64,000 nucleotides of DNA from Felis catus. Lineage: Eukaryota. Below, in pieces: positions 49,701 to 62,106 of the stretch (positions are counted from its first letter, which is position 1; each line of letters begins with the position of its first letter). The stretch spans positions 82,400,001 to 82,464,000 of the forward strand of contig NC_058368.1 of NCBI RefSeq assembly GCF_018350175.1, in the 5' to 3' direction. Made by a program: the position numbers and the translations under genes. The notes beneath the pieces are model-generated. The model had not been told where the DNA came from, ran no database searches, and saw only the letters and a program-made list of their open reading frames with translations.

Positions 49701-52700
49701 TGAGGTGCACGTGAGATGTTCCACGCGTATCTGGCACGGGGTAAGCCTGGGGTGTGCGTGGGACAACCCAGAACCTGCATCTGAGGAATGCAGCCGCAGC
49801 AATCATTCGGGGCGGGCCCAAGGTGACTCTTCCATCACAAATGGCTGGTCTGCTACGAGACAGGGCAGGTGGGAAGCACCCTCTCCTACTCCCGGCCCCT
49901 GGCAACTGCCAAGAGCAACCTGCCAACAGGATCTTCCGTTTCAATCTGAAGCATCGTACTATAGAGGCATGTGTCCAAACCAGTCACCCAGGCGGCTGCA
50001 CCTGCAGCCACATCATGCCAGTCCTGGAGGATGCCCCAGCACAGCCTCAGTGGCCCCCGGGTGGAAGCAGAGGCCCGCCCCCAGGGGCTGGCTGATTCCA
50101 GCTGTGTGATTTTCATGGAGAGCAGTGTTTCAAGAAAAGCCCTGCGCAAACCAGGTCTATGTGGCAGGTTTGGGGGATAGATGTGGAAAACTGTGTGTTA
50201 CCATGGGCACTGATACCAGAAAGAAACAATTCTCAAATCTGACAAAAGAAGTCTGAGGAAACAAGTATGATAGTATGGGGTTCAAACTATCTCATTTGAA
50301 CAACACATCTGTCATCGTGCGATCACTGGGAGCAGGCCGGATATTGTTTTGGAACTTCAAGTCCTCTTGAAAAGTTATTATAAAACTTCCAATGAACTGC
50401 ACCCCATCAAGGTCCAAGTTCACAAGAACACGGCTCACAGTGGGCCCCCCGGACCAGCACTGCAGAGGCACAGAGCATTCCCGACGTCAGACACTAACCC
50501 CTGAGCCTCAACAGATGCTGCATCACAGAAACAGCCCCCAGTGCCAACCCACTGACCCCAGGGAAGAGGGGCATCGAGTGTGAAGACAGTGGGTCACCTG
50601 TCAGCATGACTGGAACACAGGGATGACCCGGGAAGTGTCTGGAAAATCCTGGCCCCAGCTACTTGGAATCTCAAGCAACAGGCCATAAGCATCAGAGTCT
50701 TAGAAGGCTGTTTTGCTTCTACAGCGTTTTCCAAAACGTCTTTAATTGGCTTTCGGCAGATGTTGAGCCCACTGGCAAGGACCAAGTGTCATCCACTGGG
50801 CCTGGTCTGTAGAGGCTGAACAGCACAGCTGAAGTGCCTGCAGATGCCCAGGAGAGAACCCAGTGTGGGACAGCCAAGTAGGGCCGGTCCTGCCTCAGTG
50901 GCACCCGTGCTCCAGGCCTTTCAGCTCAGCAGCAGCCACCTCAAGACAAAGCAGAACCAGCCCCACAACGGCGAATCCAGCCCGTGACCAGCTTCCCTGC
51001 GGCCCCTAGGGGCGAAAGCCCAAGAAGGAGAGGGTCCAGGAGGGGAGGCCACGGTCTGCAGGAGCTGCTTCCCTTGAGAACCCCAAGAAAGGAGATGGGC
51101 AGTGTGTGCGTGGGGCAGCATATGCAGGCCACCTGCAAGGCAGCGGTGGGGTGGTGGTGGGGGCAGGTGGGCAGCCGGTGGCTGTCCTGGAGGTCACAGC
51201 CGGTATGTCACCTCCCCAGCCAGGGCACCCGCATTGCAGAGGCAAGTTGTGGCAGGGGTTGGGGGCAGTGGTGACCAGGTGCCCTCTTCCTCTCTCCCAC
51301 CCTCCTGCTGGGGTCTTCGTGAGACCCCTTAGGCCTTAGGCTGGAAGGTAAGACTTTCATCTCTGTAGGGGTACCTGTCCCCAAGCTGTCCTGAAAGAAA
51401 CAGGGATCTCAGGAAGACAGTGTCCTTGGAGGCCAGCAGCACTGCAGGGCTTTGAAGCTGACTGTACCCATAAAACCCTCCACCAGCACCACCGGGCTCC
51501 CCCACATCCAAGAGACATGGAGGAGGTGGGAGGGGGAGACATGGAGAGAGACGGACAAGGAGGACACATGTGAGCTCAAGCACTGGCCGGCGGTCATGCA
51601 CCTGTGATGTGAAGCCCTCCAGGTGCGCTGCTGGCCGTGCTGCGAATACTGTCTGCCCTCGAATTAACGAAGTGCTGGGTCAAGGCCAGGGCCTGGAGTT
51701 TCTTTCCTAGCACCAGGTTGTGGCTGCCAAGAGCGGGTTCCCAAGAGGGGAGGGCTCCCAGGAGCTGGGAGGCAGGTAGGGTGGGGCTGGCTAAGTCTTT
51801 TGTCCAGAACCCTTTCCGGAAGCGAAGGCCGATTACTGAGACGGCCTCCGGCGTCTGGATTTAAGTGGAAGGCGACTCTGCTGGGCTGGCCAGCGGTGAG
51901 CTTAGGAGAATCCCAGCACAGAAGGGGTCTTGTGAATGGGAAGCGATACTGAGGACAAGCAAGGAGAGGGCGAGCCAGCGGGGAGCGTAGCATGTGAGAG
52001 GAAACAGATAGGGAGGGAATCAACTGTCCCTGAGCCCTGCAGAGGAACGTTAGCCCTGGCAACAATGGGGAGCCTGGGACACTCCCCAGGGGCCTGAGGC
52101 GTGAGGGGGAGGACTGTCTGCTCCCAGGAGGGAAGCAGGAGGGTGACCAGGATGTCAGGAAGCCCCCCACCCCAGGCCCCCTTCCTTTCCAGCACAGGTG
52201 TGTGATAAGGCTGGAATCAGGAAGGAACCATTGTGCTAGCAGCTACCTGCTGTGAAGGTCACTTCCCTTCCCAAGAGAAAGACAGCCTAGTCAGGAACAA
52301 TCCGGATCAGGCAGGAACAGCCCACCCAGCTAGCAGTCAGCACTCCAGCACAAGCCTCCAAACACCAGAAAGTACATCTGCAGCCCAGAGCTGGCCCTCC
52401 AGGTGCTCAAGCCCGCCCAACCTGGGGGGCAGGGCCCCACTCCCGCACGCCCTCCCTGGGGCTCGCTCACTAGTGCGCCCCCAGAACCGCAGGATCAGAA
52501 CCGGAGGGCAGTGGTGCCCTCTCTGCAAGCAGGCCAGAGCAGGACCAGGTGGCTGTGTATGCCTGCCACTGAGCCCGACCCTGGAAGGGTCTGGGGCCCC
52601 TTCCAGAGTGCCCCCATGGTGGTGAGGGTGACTCCTAACCCTAGCCTGGCTCCTCCCAGCATGCAACAAGCCAACGGCCAAACAGTCTTCACTACGGTCT

Positions 52701-54680
52701 ACACAAGATGCAAGGTACAGGTTCAGGTGAAGGGTTTGCAACCCAGCTGACCTTGAGGGACGACCCCGAAGTAGCTGGTGTAACCTGGGAAACTGGCAAA
52801 TGAAGAGAAGGATGTAGTTACTATTGCCGCCAGGGACTGGCGAGGAGGACAGGATCCTGGAAAACCACGGACTGCTTTCCTATGAAAGAAGTTCACAAGT
52901 CTCTGCTGTAGGGACGAGGACCCCTGGAGGCTGGGACGGCCATGACCTCCCTTGCAGGAATGCGCCCAGAGAGCACTGGCTGAGTTAAAATCATGGGTCC
53001 TGAGCAAACACACTTTTCCTTCTCTTGCCTTTGTGTCAGATGTTTATAAATAAAGTTACGATTAAAACATAAAAGCAATTAAAATCAGCGAGGGGATTAA
53101 TGCTCTGGGAAGAAGGATACTGTGGCTAACACACAGTGTGTCCAGGCAGCAAGGAAAAGCCAGGTCAGGCCCTGTCGTTCTGGGCAAGCACAGCCGGGAG
53201 TGGCCCCGGGGGTGGACAGTAGCTTCAACTCTTCTCACCTGTGAGCCCCCTCCCAGGGTCTCTGTACAAGGTCTGGGGGCTGGGGAGCCCCACTGCACCT
53301 GTCACACAGTCCTGCAACCGGGCAGGGACCTGCTGGCCAGGCACATGGCCCTGTTGCTAGGCCTTCAGAAATCCTCTGCAGGGGATGACTCATTGGGCCA
53401 CCAGGTTCGTCATTAAAGAAACCGGAAAACAGGCCAGAAAAGACCAGCAGTGCTGCCCTTACAGGAAGATTGAACCGGTGCTGCTATTGACGTGGAAAGC
53501 AACGGCCCTGGAGAAAACAACCTTCTTAGGCCCACCCCACGGCAGCAACTCGCACAAGAATTGCTGGGGGCCGGCCATCTCCTCAAAGCTCGCTTCACAA
53601 CGGCCTGGAAAGGGTTGTCAGGTCAAATGATGAGAAATACCAGGGAAGACAAAGCCTCTGTGGGCCCCACAGAGCTATCCATTTATTGCACAGTGTTTAT
53701 TTTATCCCAGAATTCTTTAGAAGAAACATTCCGGTAGAACCAAAAACGTCTGTGAAGTCACCCTGACCTCATGGTATAAAGCCCATCCGATTTGCACACT
53801 GGCACTCTCCAAGGGCATCTGCCCCAGGACCGATACACACGCAGGGTCCCGTGGGTCCCCTCCCGGGGAGGGCAGAGCTCCTGCACAGATGCTGAGTCCA
53901 CACGGGCTGTTCCCTGCTGTTGGCTGCCTGCCGCCCCACACCCCCCAAGGACGTTATTAATAGAGTCACGTCCTGAGCCAGCACAGCCAGGCTCCCAAAG
54001 TCACCAGCTGCTTGTAAAGAGCACCTTGCTGAAGGAGGCCTCCACAGGGCACCCTGGCGGGGGGGCCCCCTGACCCCAGCCCTCCTGCCCACCCCTCCCA
54101 CAGATGTCCTGGTCCTATTTCCGTTTTGGCTTTCGGGACCTGCTGTGGCAAGCGATCCCAGAGGCCACGTCTTTCATTTCCTCTTTCAGGCACACAGTCC
54201 ATACCCCTTGGTGAAGATCTAGGGGCTGCGGGCAGCCCACGCCTCACTTCCGGTCCATCTAAGGGGGGAGGCAGGAAGCCCTTTAGGCTTTTACCCACTG
54301 TATTCCTCTTAAATCTTAAACACTGAGGAGGTGTTGCCTATTGCACATTTCCCTGAAGGCTGCTGCCTTCAGAGGCCTGCTGACCAAGGTCATGGGGTCT
54401 CAAGAGGACCCATTCACGCACCTGCTTACAGCTGTGGGAGCACCTGGGGTAACCAGGAGAGATGGGGCCCAAAAGGTGTGCAGGAACCTTGACGGTGGGA
54501 CCCAGGGCCCCCCGCCCCCCCCCCCCCCCAGCACTCCTGACTGGGAGACCTGACTGCAGCCCCGGCACCCCTAACACCAAGGCTGTCTGCGCAGCGGGGA
54601 AGGAGCGACCCCGTGAGGCTCCCCAGCAGCGCGCACGGAGGATGTTCCCAGACCCCAGCAGCGGGACTGCGCGCGCTCAC

Positions 54681-54847
54681 CGTCTCGGGGTCGTTCTCGA
54701 ACACCTCCCGGGCCTCCTCCTGGCTGCACAGCTCCTCAATGCATTCCCTCTCCAGGTGGCCCTGCTTGGCCTCCTCGAAGACCTGGTAGGCGCGTCGCTG
54801 CCGGGGCCGCAGGAACTGCGCCGCCTCTCGCGCCCGCAGCATCACAG
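54681..54847 (-). CDS. GAS6: GAS6 exon 2, propeptide (RQRR furin site) and Gla domain [37 protein letters not shown]
   Basis: 167 nt, gggcag| ... |gtgagc; Gla signature with 11 Glu residues in the mature part. Confidence 0.97.
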
Positions 54848-55099
54848 CTGCCCGGACGCGGGCGGGAGGACGACGCCGGGAGAGAGCGGGGACGGAACGG
54901 GGACACGCCGTCAACCCCGCCCCGCACGCGCCGTCCTCTCGGCCGCCAGCCCCCCGGGGACGCGGCTGCGGCGTGCGGGGCCCGGGGGCGCGGGGAGCAG
55001 GCGCCCGGGGCGTGGGGGGAGAGCGGAGGCGCGGGGAGCAGGCGCCCGCGGGGAGGGGGGGCTCTGGGGGGGGGCCCGGGGGTCCTGCCCGGTACTCAC

Positions 55100-55178
55100 T
55101 GTGCGCGGACTCGGAGGCCAGCAGGAGCACAAGCAGCGCGGTGCCCAGGGCGGCGGCGAGCGCGGGCGGCGGCGGCAT
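55100..55178 (-). CDS. GAS6: GAS6 exon 1 coding part, signal peptide [26 protein letters not shown]
   Basis: ATG in ccgccATG context, hydrophobic core, donor |gtgagt; 79 nt, phase 1. Confidence 0.93.
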
Positions 55179-55337
55179 GGCGGGGCCGGGCCGGGGCGAG
55201 CGCGGGGCGAGGGCCGGGGACGGCGACCGGGCCGGGAGCGCGCGCTCTCAGAGCGCCCGGGAGGCCGTGGCGAGCCGCGGGCGCCGCGGGGCGGTGGCTC
55301 CGCTCATCCCGTGCAGGCGGCTCTGAAGGTCACATCC

Positions 55338-55371
55338 CGGCGACGGCGGCGGCGGCGGCGGCGGCGGCGGC
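55338..55371. repeat. CGG-CGA-(CGG)9 trinucleotide repeat at the GAS6 5' end
   Basis: Read directly; pure run 55344-55370. Confidence 0.92.
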
Positions 55372-57990
55372 ACCTCGGCGCTCGCGGCCGGGGCCGGGGC
55401 GGGGCGCGCGGGCAGGACCCGGCTCGGGGCCGCGCGGGGGCGGGGCGCGCGTGTTCCCAGCACCCACCCCCCGCCCCCCCGCCCCCCCGCCGGCTCCCAG
55501 CACCACCCCCCGCGCCTTCCAGCACCCCCACCCCACCCCGCCCCGCCAGCTCCCAGCACCCGCCCACCCAACCCACGCCAGCTCCCAGCACCCCCCTCCC
55601 CCCACCCCAGCCCCGCGGAGATCAAAGACCCCGGGGAGACCCGTCACCCCACCCGGACGACGTGGCCACTTAGAGCGGCGGGTGCGTCCAGGAGAAGGAG
55701 ATTCAAGTCGATGGCCGAGCCTGACCTGGTCGCGGGTAAAAGGAAGCAGCAAACAGCCAGGTGCCAGGTGACCAGGTGCCGCCTGACCGCTCACCAGACT
55801 GAACCCTCGTCCCGCCCCACCACCGCCACCCGCACCCCAAATCTACCGCACCCTTTTTGGATTCCCCATTCCCGAGCATATTTTCTCAAGACTTAAAACC
55901 CCCAAAGAAAGGATAAACTGAGGCCAGACCAAATCCCAGCGAGGTCCAGGGAGCGAGAGGAGATTATTTCCTTTTGTAACCTCTGTCTTCCATAATGATG
56001 AATGACATTGAGGTTTCCCAGTAAATACTCAGGCTGAAAGCAACATTGTGCTTCTTCTCAGAGACCAAGACTTTCTGTCTCTCTCTCCGGAGTATTTCGC
56101 AAATTCAGGGGCCAAAAACACACAAACAAACAAAACCAAAACGAAGCGGAGGGCTCCCCTGGGGGACTGAAGCGGCAGCGAGGCTGGCAGGGGCCTGGAC
56201 ACAGCCCCCCCAACCCCCACCCCGCACGGTGGGTCACTGTGGTCGTCGTGCCGCGGGCTCTAGGCCCGAGTCCTGACCTCAGATTCCCCTGGCCTGCTGT
56301 AGTGGGAGAATGAAGCGTTGATGCTGGTCGATTCCCTGAGGTCGTGGTTTGAAGGTGGGGTTAATGAGCATTAACACGTTAAAGTCCGGGGAATGAACAC
56401 TGGTGAGAAAGCTCTTCAAAGGGAATGCGCGATTTAATAGGTAAGTCCTCTGCACCTGTGATCTGCAGTTGAGCTGCTCTCCCACCTCAGCCAGCAACGG
56501 ATGAAAGCAGCCTGGACGCCTTGGGCTTGGAAAGAGCATTTACTACATTAATTTTCCTGCTTGTTGTTCTTAAGGAGAACCTGTTTCAAGAACCTGGGTG
56601 GGGCAGTAAATTCTTCAGTGTGTATTTACACAGATCCTGAATTAATTAATCGTGCGTCTCTTATTTCCTAGGATTCTGAACCAGGTGGCCCGCGGATGCA
56701 TTTCAGGAAGTATGCAAACTCCTACACATTGTTTGCAGTGGCTTTCTTCTTTCCTATTTGTGTGTGTTTGGCCAAGAGAGTTTACAGAGTTCATGGGACT
56801 CTCAGAGTTGGATCCCAGTAAGAGTGAGTGTCATGGCCTCTTCCTGTCCCTCTGGGAGGGTCCGTGCTGAGTATGGGCTCAGTGCTTCAGCTGACCAGGC
56901 GTTAGCATGATCCCAACTGGAAGGAGGCTTTCAGGCCCCCTGACCTGTCAGCCTGGACCTCAAGCCCCTCGCTGCTTTTCCCGGTTTATCCTTTCTGTTG
57001 ACTTGGTATCACAATAACCCCAACAGCACCCATTATGAAGAGACTTGCTTTAATAAAATGCATTCACACACACTTGCTCACCTGAATAACTGTAGAATAC
57101 AGGAAGCAAATATAGGGAGCGAGGGAGGGTGTCTGACCCAAGCTAACCCGAAGACCAATGCAGAAACTTTGCTTTAAGGCAGAGAAAGAAAATGGATAAG
57201 CAACAATTTGGATAATGCTTTCTGAAATTGGGGAGAGTCGTCAGGCACTGTGTTATACACCTCGAAGTAACCACGATTAAGTAGCTCATTTTTACAAGGG
57301 GCAGGTTAGACCTAGTGCTGTGGACACCTCGTACGGACTGTCAGCCAGGCTGTAGTCAGGGGCTTGTCTTGCCAAGGCCAAGTGGGATGAAAGTGTGGGG
57401 GTTAGGGTCAAAGTGCGGGTGTCAGAAATGAGGTGTTGGTGGGGAGAGAAAAATTCTGCCTTTCCTTCCACCATCTCTTCTGTGGGTGATGATTTCAAGG
57501 TGCTGAGGCTGTTCATTTATGAATCTGCTCAATAAATCGATAAATGTGAGTTGAGTACTTGCTGTGTTGTCTTAAAAGGCAGTGTGCTGGGCGCTGACCA
57601 AGCCAGTCATATTGGGTTTTCTTTGTTTTTAAAGCAGGTTTATTGAGGCATAATGGAAATATAATAAGCTAGATAATAAGTTTTGTGGTATCTATGATGA
57701 ACGTACAGACCTGTAAACCCACCACCACATTCCTCTAGAGCATACCCATACTTTGAAAACACTTCCTCATGCCCTTTGTTAATCCCTCCCTCTTGAGTGT
57801 CCCTGCCCCACCCTCACTCCATCCCAGGCAAAATCACTGGCCCACTTTGTCACTATAGACTAGTTTGCTCTTTTTGGAATGTTGCATAAAAGGAATCCTA
57901 CAGAATGTGCTTTTTTGTCTGGCTTCTTTCACTAGGCAAATTCACTTTCAGATTCACCTACATTGTTGCACATAGTTTATTCTTTTTTTA

Positions 57991-58123
57991 TTCCTTTTTC
58001 TCCTCCTCCTCCTCCTCCTCCTCCTCCTCCTCCTCCTCCTCCCCCTCCCCCTCCCCCTCCCCCTCCTCCTCCTCCCCTTCTTCTTCTTCTTCTTCTTCTT
58101 CTTCTTCTTCTTCTTCTTCTTTT
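57991..58123. repeat. Compound polypyrimidine microsatellite (TCC)n-(TCCCCC)n-(TTC)~14
   Basis: Read directly; ~133 nt without a purine. Confidence 0.95.
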
Positions 58124-58442
58124 GCTCACCAGTATTCTGTCATGTGGATATGCCACAGTCTTTTTAGCATTCACCTGTTGATGGACATTGGCTTGTTTCC
58201 AGTTACTGGTTATTACCAACAAAGGGACTATGAGCATTCATGTATAAGTTATTGTATGCACATAAGCTTTTGCTTCTCTTGAGGAAATATGTAAGAAATA
58301 ACACTGGACTGTATGGTAGGTATTTGACTTTTTAAGAAACTCACAAACTTTTTCAAAGTGAATTTCCATTTTATGTTTCCACCATCAGTATATGAAAGTT
58401 TCAAGTTGTTGCGTATCCCACCCACACTTGCTACGGTTAGTC

Positions 58443-58453
58443 TTTTTTTTTTT

Positions 58454-58490
<37 letters not shown>

Positions 58491-58668
58491 ACGTGCATGT
58501 GCACATGGGCATGAGTAGGGGAGGATCAGAGAGAAAGGGAGAGAAAGAGAAGCAGGCCTTGAGCTGTCAAAGCAGAGCTGGACACAGGGCTCGATCTCAC
58601 AACCCTGAGACCATGACCAGAGCCAAAATCAAGTGGGGTGCTCAACCGACTGATCCACCAAGGTGCCC
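58443..58668 (-). mobile_element. Can-SINE inserted in L1
   Basis: polyT, (GA)n, agggctcgatctcacaaccctgagaccatgacc. Confidence 0.88.
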
Positions 58669-59755
58669 TAGTCTTCTTAATTTTAGCCATTCTGGTAGGT
58701 GTTTGGTGGTATTTCCTTGTGACTTGAATTTGCGTTTTTCTAGGACTATGATGCTGAGCAGATTTTAATGTGCTCTTTGCCATCCAAATATATTCTTTGG
58801 TGAAATGTCTGTTTTAATTTTATCATCTTTTTTTCCCTTTTACTTGGGCTCTGTACTTTTCCAATTATTGAATTATTTGTTGAGTTTTAAGAGTTCTTTA
58901 AATCTTCTGGACACAAGACCTGTTTCAGACTGTGATTTGCAAATATTTAGTCCAGTCTGTGACTTGGTTTTTCATTATTTTAAACAATGAAACACTACTC
59001 TTTACCCTCTTAATTTTGAAGTACAATTTATTATTTATCTTTTAATGAATTCTGCTTTGGAATTATATTTGCCTACTCCGAGGTCACGATATTTTCTTTC
59101 AGACGTTTTATAGATTTACATTTTACATTTAGAACTATGACCCACTTTGAATTCATTCCCACATATTTTACATTTCTTTGTTTTATTGTAAATCTTTTTA
59201 ATTTCAATTTCTGAGTATTTAAATATTTGGGTTTTTGTACATTTATCTTTTATTCTACAACTGTGCTTAACTAAACTACTAGTTTCAATTTTTTTTAATA
59301 GATTCAGTAGAATTTTTTACATAGATGGTCATGTTGTCTGTAAATACAGCAAATCTCCTTTCAGAGCTGTGCACTTTTTGCTTCTTTCCTTGACTTATTG
59401 ACTGTCTAGTGACCTCCACAACAATGTTGGCTGGAAATGGTGACAGTGGATCCCTGTGTTAGCCCTGATCCCACATGGAAACAACTCAGTCTTTCACCAT
59501 TAAGTATAATGGTAGCTACAGGGCTTTCATAGATGCTTTTTATCAAGATGAGGTTCTAGTTTTAATTTTCTGTGAGTTCTTTTCATTAGAAATGGATGTT
59601 GGATTCTGTCAAATGCTTTTTCTGCATCTGTTGAGACAATCATTTTTTTTCCTTTTTCCATTCATTAATATGTAATTACCTTGATTGATTTTCAAATGTG
59701 GGAAGAACCTCGCCTCGTCATGGTGTAGTATTTTGTTAAGAATCTTTGCAACCAT

Positions 59756-59973
59756 GGGGCCCCTGGGTGGCTCAGTCGGTTGGGTGTCCGACTTTGGCTC
59801 AGGTCATAATCTCATGGTTCACGAGCTCAAGCCCTGAGTTGGGCTCTGTGCTGACCGCTCAGAGCCTGGAGCCTGCTTCAGATTCTGTGTCTCCCTCTCT
59901 CTCTGCCCCTTCCCCACTTCATGCTCTGTCCCTCATTGTCTCAAAAATAAATAAACGTTTAGAAAAGTTAAAA
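59756..59973 (+). mobile_element. SINEC_Fc-like Can-SINE with 18-bp TSD
   Basis: TSD aagaatctttgcaaccat at 59738-59755 and 59974-59991. Confidence 0.95.
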
Positions 59974-60026
59974 AAGAATCTTTGCAACCATGTTAATGAG
60001 GGTATTTTCTTCTTGTATTGTCTTTA

Positions 60027-60242
60027 AAAAAAATTTTTTTTTTAACATTTATTTATTTTTGAGAGTGACAGAGAGAGAGCATGAGCAGGGGAGGGGCAGA
60101 GAGGGAGACACACAACGTGAAGCGGGCTCCAGGCTCTAAGCTGTCAGCATAGAGCTCGACACGGGACTTGAACCCATGAACCTTGAGATCATGACCTGAG
60201 CCGAAGTCGGATGCTTAACCTACTGAGCCACCCGGGTGCCCC
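60027..60242 (-). mobile_element. SINEC_Fc-like Can-SINE
   Basis: Full body; imperfect TSD tcttgtattgtcttta / tcttgaattgccttta. Confidence 0.93.
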
Positions 60243-60875
60243 TCTTGAATTGCCTTTATCTGGTTTGGCACCCAAGATAGGCTGGTCTCATCGAATGAGT
60301 TGTTAAGTGCTTCCTTCTACTCCGTATAATGGAAGAGTTGGTATGGAATTTGTGTTATTTTTCCCTTAAATGGCTGACAAATGCTGTCCGTGATGCCATA
60401 CACACCTGGGATTGTCTTTGTGGGAAGGTTCTCACCTATAAATTCAGTTTCTTTCACAGATATAAATAAGGTCGTTCAGGTTGTTTCTTTGTGAGTAAAC
60501 TTTCGCAGTCTGTGTCTTTGAGGACTTTTGCCTTTTCATCTAAGGTATTGAACATATTGGCAGGAAGTTATTCATAATATTCCTTTATATTTGTAGGTCT
60601 GTAGTGATGACACCTCTCATTCGTAGTATTGATAATTTGTGTCTTCTCTCTTTTTGTCTGAATCCTTCTGGCTAGAGATTCAACAAGTGTTTCTATTTCA
60701 AGTAACCAGCTTTTGGTTTAATGATATTTCTCTATTTTTTTTTCTATTTTATCATTATCCATCTAATTTTTATAATTTTCTTTCTTCTGTTTACACTGCA
60801 TTTCATTTTCTCTTCTTCATCTAGTTTCTTAGGATAGAAACTGAGGTCATTGACGAGGTCTTATGTCTTTTTAAT

Positions 60876-61000
60876 ACAAACATTCCTTGACTTATGATGC
60901 AGTTACATCCTGATAAACCCAGCATAAATCGAGAGTATGGTAAGTTAAAAGTGCATTTAATATACCTAACCTATCGAACATCATAGCTTCGTCTTGCCCT
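60876..61000 (+). mobile_element. MER47A-like (TcMar-Tigger) 5' fragment
   Basis: gacttatgatgcagttacatcctgataaaccc...gcatttaatatacctaacctatcgaacatcatagctt matches recalled consensus. Confidence 0.7.
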
Positions 61001-61664
61001 TTGTCTCCTTGTGATGATCAGCTGACCGGAGGGGGTCTCTGCAGGTCTCTGAAGTTCTTTCTCTGCATCGCCCTCTCCTACTTGGGCAGTTGGCTCTGCG
61101 TGTGTCCTCCACGCATGGCAACCTCGTGTCTCCCTCTAGGCAGTGACCTTGGCAATCCTAGGGCCACTTCACTTATTTCCTGTCCCCCAGGGTTCACTCC
61201 TTTGTTGCCTAATGTCCAGTGTGTTGAAAACTGTTATTTTGTATATATGTCTGCTTGCTCAGTTGTTCTAGGTGGGGAGGTAAATCTGGTCTCTGCTGCT
61301 GTCTTTTGTCCAGAAGCAGAAACCCCCAGTCACACTTTAATGAAGGTTTTTGGTGTTTTTTTTTTTTTTAAGAGCATGTTTTGCAACCCACTGGTTTAGT
61401 CGGGTTTTTAATTTTGCAAAAGTTAGTGTTTTGTTAAACAGTGGTTTTTAATGATGTGGGTTAGAACAGAGGAAAATATCAGAGTTTTATTGGCTGTGAG
61501 TTCCTTATTTCTCCAATATCTATTTTTGTGAATGTGGTCTGGGTTGTGATGTAAAATACGTTTATTACTGTGGGTTGTGCTCAGAAAGTTTGAAGAACAC
61601 TACTTACTGTCGTGAATGAAGGTGGTGGGACCTCATTAAGGTGAAAGTCCTTCCATGGATAAGT

Positions 61665-61772
61665 CCTCTGGGCTCCTCCCTAGCTTTGCAAGGATGTTCC
61701 CAGTTTTAAAATCAAAAGTCCCAGATCCTAGACCCCCTCAGCTGGGGGCTACCGAGATGGTTACTTCCCCTG
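61665..61772. mobile_element. MER81-like hAT MITE remnant
   Basis: gttcccagtttt...aaagtcccagatcctagaccccctcag. Confidence 0.4.
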
Positions 61773-62106
61773 CTTGGCCCCCTAGGGGAGCACCTTTGCA
61801 GCCTGTGACTTACAAGGGGTGTTGTGCCAAACACCCCCATATAAATGGTTTTGTGGAATACTGTAGGGATCTTTACGTAGAACAGTGTCTGCTTCCGGTC
61901 AAGGGTGCCTACCCTAGCCAGGTTAACTCCTCCTTCATCTGAAAGGAGTTATACTCACCTGAGTCCAAGGCCCTGGTCTTCTTGAGTTTGCAGTGAAGAC
62001 AGACGGGGAGGTGGGAAGAGGGACCTTGAGCCGGACAGATACATTTACCTCCTCCACTTAGAGCGATTTTCGGCCACTTTTCTCCACCACAAATTTCCTT
62101 CTCTGT

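Larger units (their letters stand above)
54620..55700. promoter_or_regulatory. CpG island / GAS6 promoter and exons 1-2, with GC boxes
   Basis: Very high GC and CpG density by eye; GGGGCGGGG boxes near 55396-55404 and 55437-55445. Confidence 0.88.
57620..61325 (-). mobile_element. Old L1 (L1M-type), antisense, fragmented and interrupted by SINEs, microsatellites and a MER47-like element
   Basis: AT-rich; tttattgaggcataa 3' end, gtctggcttctttcact, ttgatggacatt, tcaaatgctttttctgcatct L1 motifs. Confidence 0.82.

Noticed and set aside
54462..55673. 403-aa + strand ORF antisense to GAS6 exons 1-2
   Set aside because: Lies in the CpG island where stops are rare; low-complexity R/G/P/A composition, no recognisable domain.
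55700..58000. Possible ortholog of the human divergent lncRNA GAS6-DT (and GAS6-AS1 within the gene)
   Set aside because: Cannot be supported from sequence alone; needs stranded RNA data.
57905..58282. Poly-Ser, poly-Pro and poly-Gly/Arg ORFs
   Set aside because: Translations of the TCC/TTC microsatellite inside an L1.
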